Positions 59,080 through 64,000 of a DNA stretch of 64,000 bases are shown in pieces. Under the pieces are notes generated by a model that saw only the letters and a list, made by a program, of their open reading frames with translations, was not told the DNA's origin and made no database searches. The stretch's first letter is position 1. Each line of letters opens with the position of its first letter. Position numbers and translations under genes: made by a program. Source of the DNA: an uncultured Pseudomonadota bacterium (GTDB lineage Bacteria; Myxococcota_A; Polyangia; Fen-1088); the NCBI GenBank assembly GCA_963847705.1, contig CAWKBC010000021.1, positions 192,001 through 256,000 on the forward strand, written 5' to 3'.

Positions 59080-60303
59080 ATGCCTGCGCTCCTTGGGGTG
59101 ATGTGGTACCAAGGAATGACCGTTCCCCTCCTGGCGATCGCCTCGCCATGGATCGCGCTGCAGTTCAGCCTCGATGCGCGTGCGATCGCCAGGCTGTACG
59201 CGGTCATGTCGGTGTCGGCTCTCATCACTTTCGGGGCCGCTCGCCTCGCCGACCGCATCGGCCGCCGTCTGTTGCTGATGGCGTGTTTGATCGCGGCGTC
59301 GGCGACTGCCGTCTGTGCCGCCCTGGCGCGCTCCACCGTCACCTTCGCCATCTGGGAGTTCCTGCGCTTTTCGACCGTCGGTGCGGTCGCGAACAGTGCG
59401 TACACACTGCTCGCCGAAGCCGCACCCGACTCCTCGGCACGGGCCTCGGCGCTGGGAAAGGGCGGCATGGCCGCCGCCGCGGGCGGGACCAGTCTGCTCG
59501 TGTTGATGCCGCTCTTCTCGATCTGGGGCCATTCCTTCAGGTGGGCGTACGACTTGTCCGCGATTGGCGTCATGTTCGTTCCGGCGCTGCTTCGCTGGGT
59601 GCCGGAAAGCCAGCAGTGGAAGCGGGCCCGCGTGTCCGGCGTGGTGGAGCGCTCATCGGCGTTTGGGGTGTTTGGTGGCCGGTGGTCGCGTCGCGCGGTG
59701 GCGATAATTACTGCCAGCCTCCTCAATGGGGTCGAGGGGGCCGCCGTCGGCGCGTGGTCCTACTATTACGGGGTCTTGGTCGTCGGCATCTCTCCTCAGC
59801 TCATGAGCCTCTTGTCCGTCATTGCGACCCTTCTCGGGTTCGCCGGGTTTCGGGTTGGAGCGTGGGCCGCCGAGCGCGTTGGCCGCGTTCCGACCGCCGT
59901 CGTCTTCGGAGCCTTGCACCAGGCCGCGGCCCTCTGGCTCTACCTGGGGCCGGTCAAACACGTCTTCAGCCCACCGCTCTGGATTGGGGTCGGTCTCTGC
60001 CTCAGCGGCTTCGGCGCCAGCGCTTCCGGAATCGCCAAGTCGACCGCCATCGTGGAGCTCTTTCCCACGCAGTTGCGCGTCACGATCCTCGGTTGGGTCG
60101 CGCTTGCGGGGGCGCTCGCCACCGGCTGCTCGAACATGCTGGTATCGGTCTTGGTCGGCCCGCTGGGAGGGATCTCGAGAGCGATCGCGGTGCTGTCGCT
60201 CTCGGGCGTCCTGGGTCTGGCGGTCTTCGGCCTCCTGGTCGATGAGACGCGCGGCATGAGCCTGGAGCAGGCAGCGCTCGAAGAAGGGCGGCCGACCGGA
60301 TGA
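59080..60303 (+). CDS. MFS transporter (start uncertain)
   Basis: LADRIGRR, VPES, ELFPTQLR, ETRG. Confidence 0.85.
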   Translation: MPALLGVMWYQGMTVPLLAIASPWIALQFSLDARAIARLYAVMSVSALITFGAARLADRIGRRLLLMACLIAASATAVCAALARSTVTFAIWEFLRFSTVGAVANSAYTLLAEAAPDSSARASALGKGGMAAAAGGTSLLVLMPLFSIWGHSFRWAYDLSAIGVMFVPALLRWVPESQQWKRARVSGVVERSSAFGVFGGRWSRRAVAIITASLLNGVEGAAVGAWSYYYGVLVVGISPQLMSLLSVIATLLGFAGFRVGAWAAERVGRVPTAVVFGALHQAAALWLYLGPVKHVFSPPLWIGVGLCLSGFGASASGIAKSTAIVELFPTQLRVTILGWVALAGALATGCSNMLVSVLVGPLGGISRAIAVLSLSGVLGLAVFGLLVDETRGMSLEQAALEEGRPTG

Positions 60304-61646
60304 AGCTGCTGAACGCCATCGGGCGCAGCGGCCCCGCGCTTCTGCTGCGCGCGCGAGACTTTCGCCTCATCTGGCTCGGTGAGGTCGTCTCTCAGATCGG
60401 CGACAGCCTCAATAGAGTGGCGTTGCTCTGGTTCGTGTACCAGACGCAACACTCGGCATTGAAGACATCTGCCGTCGGTGTCTTGCAGACGCTGCCGCCC
60501 CTGTTGCTCGGGCCCCTGTTCGGCGTCTACCTCGACAGAGTTGCCAAGAGGCGCGTGTTGATTGTCGTCAGTCTCGTGCATGGTGCTCTCGTCGCCTTGC
60601 TGCCACTGCTCTTCTGGCTGGGGCTACTCACGCTCGTTCGGCTCTACGCGCTCGTCTTTGTGACCTCTGTTGTGGCCACCTTCTACGGGCCCGCTCTGAC
60701 GCTGATCGTCCCCCTCGTCGTTCAGACTGATGAGCTTCGTGCCGCCAACGCCTTGATTCAGAGCACCAGCACAATTGGGGTGTTGCTCGGGCCCGTGGTG
60801 GCCAGCGTCGCCATCGCGGCGCTCGGCGCCGTCAACGTTCTCTACCTGGACGCCGCCACCTTTCTGTTCTCCGTGGGATGCATCTGGTTCGTGAAGGTGC
60901 GCGAGAGTCCTTCGGTCGGGGAGGGACGGCTTGGCCTGTTCCGGTTGCTCCAAAACCTCCAGGACGGTCTCCTGTTCATGCTTCGAAAGCAGACGGGGAT
61001 TCTTCTTCTGACGGTGGTGACCTGTCTCGAGAACTTCGGAGCCAGCGCCTTCATCTTCCTGTTGCCGACCCTGGCGAAGCAGAATGTGTCGGCGCATGCG
61101 CTTTCGATCGGCGGTTTCTGGACCGCATTCGGCACGGGGATGTTCCTGGCCACCCTCCTCGTCGCCTCACTTCGAGACGATCCGAAACGTGGCCTGATGT
61201 GGTTCGTCCCCGTCGGGTTGGGCTTGGGTGGCGCCGCGGTAGGGGCCCTCACCCGTGCTCGGGGGTGGCTTGCACCCGCGGGGCTGATGATCGTCGTTGG
61301 CTTCGCCACAGCCTCGCTCGCACCTGTGGTCATCACTCTGTTGGAGGAGGGCACTCCTGAGGGATTGCGCGGACGAGTCCTCTCGACCTTCAATGCGGCG
61401 AACATGGCGATGGCGATGGTAGGCATGTTGGTGTTCGGATGGGCGGCGGACCATCTCGGAGAGACTCCAACTCTTATTGCGGTCGGGATTGTGATGGCCT
61501 CCGCCGGTGTCGTGTTGGGTGCAATAAGCTGGACCAGGTCGGCGCGGAGGCTGTTGGTGAGGTCCCCTCCCCTGTTCGGGAGGACAGCCGGGCATCTGGG
61601 TCTCGACAGTCGTGATCACGCCCAGAGGCAGAGCGGTCGCGAATAG
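60300..61646 (+). CDS. MFS transporter (DHA3-like)
   Basis: RDFRLIWLGEVVSQIGD, GVYLDR; ATGA overlap. Confidence 0.88.
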   Translation: MKLLNAIGRSGPALLLRARDFRLIWLGEVVSQIGDSLNRVALLWFVYQTQHSALKTSAVGVLQTLPPLLLGPLFGVYLDRVAKRRVLIVVSLVHGALVALLPLLFWLGLLTLVRLYALVFVTSVVATFYGPALTLIVPLVVQTDELRAANALIQSTSTIGVLLGPVVASVAIAALGAVNVLYLDAATFLFSVGCIWFVKVRESPSVGEGRLGLFRLLQNLQDGLLFMLRKQTGILLLTVVTCLENFGASAFIFLLPTLAKQNVSAHALSIGGFWTAFGTGMFLATLLVASLRDDPKRGLMWFVPVGLGLGGAAVGALTRARGWLAPAGLMIVVGFATASLAPVVITLLEEGTPEGLRGRVLSTFNAANMAMAMVGMLVFGWAADHLGETPTLIAVGIVMASAGVVLGAISWTRSARRLLVRSPPLFGRTAGHLGLDSRDHAQRQSGRE

Positions 61647-61778
61647 GACACCGGTTGTTACGCGCGCGACCCTCGCCACCCGTGCTGCCTCGGTCGCCGA
61701 TGGCGAAGGCCGAATGGCATTCGTCTTGCTGCTCCTCGCGATGACTCACTGCGCTTCGCCGCAAGTAGAAAGAGCGAC

Positions 61779-62858
61779 ATGAAGATTGCCCAAGTGGCCC
61801 CCTTGTACGAAAGCGTCCCTCCCCAGGCGTACGGCGGGACGGAGCGTGTCATTCACTATCTGACGGAAGAGCTTGTTGCGCTCCGGCATGAGGTCGTGTT
61901 GTTTGCGTCCGGTGATTCGCAGACGAGTGCGGAGCTCCAGCCTTGCTGCACGCGCTCGCTTCGACTGGAACCCGAGCTTCGAAGTCCGCTCGCCTACCAC
62001 ACTGTGATGCTCGAGAAGCTACTCTCAGAGCGCGCGCGCTTCGACGTCATTCATTTTCACGTCGACTATCTGCACTTCCTGATCTCGAAAGCTGTGGGGT
62101 GGCCTCACTTGACGACGCTCCATGGGCGACTCGACCTCCCGGAGTTGAAACCTCTGTACGAGAGGTTTCGCGCTCTACCGCTGGTATCGATCTCCGACGC
62201 GCAGCGGTTGCCAGTGCCCAATGCCAACTGGCTCATGACGGTGCCACATGGCATCCCGAAGGACATGCTCACGTTTTCGGGAGCCCCCTCTGACTACTTT
62301 GCGTTCTTGGGCCGAATCTCACCCGAGAAAGGGATAGTCCCCGCGATCGAGATCGCTACCGCCCTGGGAGTCCCGCTGCGGATTGCCGCCAAGATCGACA
62401 ATGTCGACAGGGATTACCATCAAGGAACTGTCGCCCCTCTCCTTCGGTCTCCACTCATAGAATTCGTCGGCGAGATTCGAGATGCCGCGAAGTCTGAGTT
62501 TCTGGGAGGCGCCCGCGCGCTGCTGTTCCCGATCGACTGGCCCGAGCCATTCGGGCTCGTCATGATCGAGGCCATGGCGTGCGGCACCCCGGTGATCGCC
62601 TTCCGCAGGGGTTCCGTGGCGGAGGTCATCGAGGACGGCGTGACCGGGTTCATCGTCGACGATGTGGAGCAGGCGATCGCGGCGTCCGCACGGATCTCCG
62701 AGCTGAGTCGGTGGCGCATTCGAGAGGAGTTCGAGCGGCGTTTCACCTCACGGCAGATGACCACCCAGTACCTGGCGCTCTACGAACGGATCGCGGAGAG
62801 AGCCCACCCGCGTAAGAAAACCTCTGTCGCGACATCGGCGGCAGGGAAGTCGCCCTGA
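61779..62858 (+). CDS. Glycosyltransferase family 4
   Basis: PPQAYGGTERV, GRISPEKG, EPFGLVMIEAMACGTPV. Confidence 0.93.
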   Translation: MKIAQVAPLYESVPPQAYGGTERVIHYLTEELVALRHEVVLFASGDSQTSAELQPCCTRSLRLEPELRSPLAYHTVMLEKLLSERARFDVIHFHVDYLHFLISKAVGWPHLTTLHGRLDLPELKPLYERFRALPLVSISDAQRLPVPNANWLMTVPHGIPKDMLTFSGAPSDYFAFLGRISPEKGIVPAIEIATALGVPLRIAAKIDNVDRDYHQGTVAPLLRSPLIEFVGEIRDAAKSEFLGGARALLFPIDWPEPFGLVMIEAMACGTPVIAFRRGSVAEVIEDGVTGFIVDDVEQAIAASARISELSRWRIREEFERRFTSRQMTTQYLALYERIAERAHPRKKTSVATSAAGKSP

Positions 62859-62946
62859 GCACCGAGGCATGCTGAGGAATGGGATGGGGGAGAGGGAAGG
62901 TGACCTGACCCCCAGCATCAACCGGTTCGAGGAGGCGGTCCGGCAG

Positions 62947-63070
62947 GTGATGCGGGGGGCGGCGATGAAGGTGGTGCAGGAGCTGCTGGGGCACACCACG
63001 ATCGAGATGACGATGCGCTAAGCGCATCTCAGTCCTGACGTGCCCGGCAGGCGGCGAAGCTGCTCGATGG
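62947..63070 (+). pseudogene. Tyrosine integrase C-terminal relic; catalytic Tyr codon is TAA
   Basis: VMRGAAMKVVQELLGHTTIEMTMR*AHLSPDV (stop at 63019-63021). Confidence 0.85.
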
Positions 63071-63090
63071 ACTGGGCAGCTCTGCAGAGC

Positions 63091-63321
63091 CGTGGCGACA
63101 GGCTGGCGACAAAGCCAGAGTTGGTACTCAACTACTTAGAATTTATTGTGGAGGCGCCGGGAGTCGAACCCGGCATTTTGAAACCGAAAACCCCAATCTA
63201 CACGCCGACTTGCACAAGGGTTACGGCGGTTTCTGGGTTTTCGGAACGGGTCGGTTGGGGTCGGTTGAGAGCGGTAGAAATCGCTTAAATCCGGTTCATC
63301 GTGGCGACAGAATGGCGACAA
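63091..63321. mobile_element. Integrative-element att site: tmRNA-like 3' fragment flanked by arm-type repeats
   Basis: CGTGGCGACAGgcTGGCGACAA (63091-63112) and CGTGGCGACAGaaTGGCGACAA (63300-63321) around the core. Confidence 0.75.
63148..63173 (-). other. 3'-terminal fragment of tmRNA (T-arm plus acceptor 3' strand), att core
   Basis: Minus strand CCGGGTTCGACTCCCGGCGCCTCCAC; no upstream tmRNA or tRNA body visible. Confidence 0.7.
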
Positions 63322-63499
63322 CGCCCAGTCGCGACTTCCGCCACCCGGCAAGCCTCGGCAAGCCCAAAGGGTAGCCTGCGCGGACACCCTTTGATCCTGA
63401 CGATGATCTGGATCAGGTCGCAGAGCGAAGCCGACGAGCAGGCGACCTTCCCTGGCAAGGTCCACAACCGCAGATCGGCGTGGCACGTCGTCCATCCTT

Positions 63500-63917
63500 C
63501 GCGACGATGTTCTTCTGCTGCATCTGCTTTATGAAGATCACCCCGGTGTTGTTCTTGGCGGTGGCGGCGGTCAGCTTGCGCAGCGCCTGGCTCATGAGCC
63601 GCGCCTGCAACCCCATGTGCGCGTCCCCCATCTCCCCCTCGATCTCCGCCTTCGGGGACCAACGCCGCGACGGAGTCGATCACGATCAGATCGACCGCGC
63701 CGGTGGCGACCAGCTTGTCGGCGATCTCCAGCGCCTGCTCGCCGTGGTCGGGCTGCGACACCAGCAGCTCCTCGGTGCGGACGCCCAGCTTGCGGGCGTA
63801 GCCGACGTCCAGCGCGTGCTCGGCGTCGATGAAGGCGCAGACGCCACCGGCGCGCTGGGCCTGGGCGATCGCCTGCAGCGTCAGCGTGGTCTTCCCCGAT
63901 GACTCGGGGCCGTAGAT
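63500..63917 (-). pseudogene. recA: Internal recA fragment, truncated at both ends, 1-nt insertion at 63654-63657
   Basis: [27 protein letters not shown] / [26 protein letters not shown]. Confidence 0.88.
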
Positions 63918-63943
63918 AGGCTGCGGGGCTGACCGAACCGCGA

Positions 63944-64000
63944 TCAGGCGCGCGCGAAGACGCGGTTCAGGGCGCCCATCAGGATCTCCATCTCGACGGG
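63944..64000 (-). CDS. 3' end of a CDS, probably a REC domain
   Basis: [18 protein letters not shown] resembles the helix after the KP motif. Confidence 0.4.
   Translation of the reverse strand, partial: PVEMEILMGALNRVFARA

Noticed and set aside
63148-63173. Complete tRNA or tmRNA gene
   Set aside because: Only the T-arm and acceptor 3' strand are present, with no matching 5' portion.

Overview
High-GC, gene-dense bacterial DNA. Gly/Ser-rich Cys-lipoproteins, myxobacterial Cys repeats, an AgmX/PglI-type protein and a Ser/Thr kinase suggest Myxococcota/Polyangia (inference). Left end: GH3 glycosidase, kinase, stand-alone LigD ligase, a toxin-antitoxin cluster, an unusual short class-I release-factor homologue and a candidate defence block (HNH, MazG-like, SauUSI-like PLD-helicase). 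Middle: diguanylate cyclase, WYL regulator, large secreted beta-helix lipoprotein, recA, phosphoketolase, MarR/MFS, topB, oxidoreductases, SWIM-SNF2 helicase, a four-gene beta-propeller/DUF1566 cluster and a TMTC-like glycosyltransferase. Right end: redox enzymes, a hybrid kinase, gene relics, an MFS-MFS-GT4 block, and a tmRNA-3'-end att site with arm-like repeats, an integrase relic and a recA fragment. Best candidate for a new system (5633-6484): a sigma70-like promoter, a leaderless 17-aa uORF that ends in UAG and carries an anti-SD, then an RF1-like GGQ protein lacking domain 1 and interrupted by the prfB-type +1 frameshift motif CTT-TGA-C. This could be a backup release factor switched on by termination failure. 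Second candidate: a TGAC-N7-GTCA box shared by the WYL gene and recA, merged at recA with a PafBC/RecA-NDp-like promoter. Caveats: several single-base indels in short homopolymers suggest assembly errors, so frameshifts need read-level checks. All family assignments come from motif recognition by eye, not database searches.
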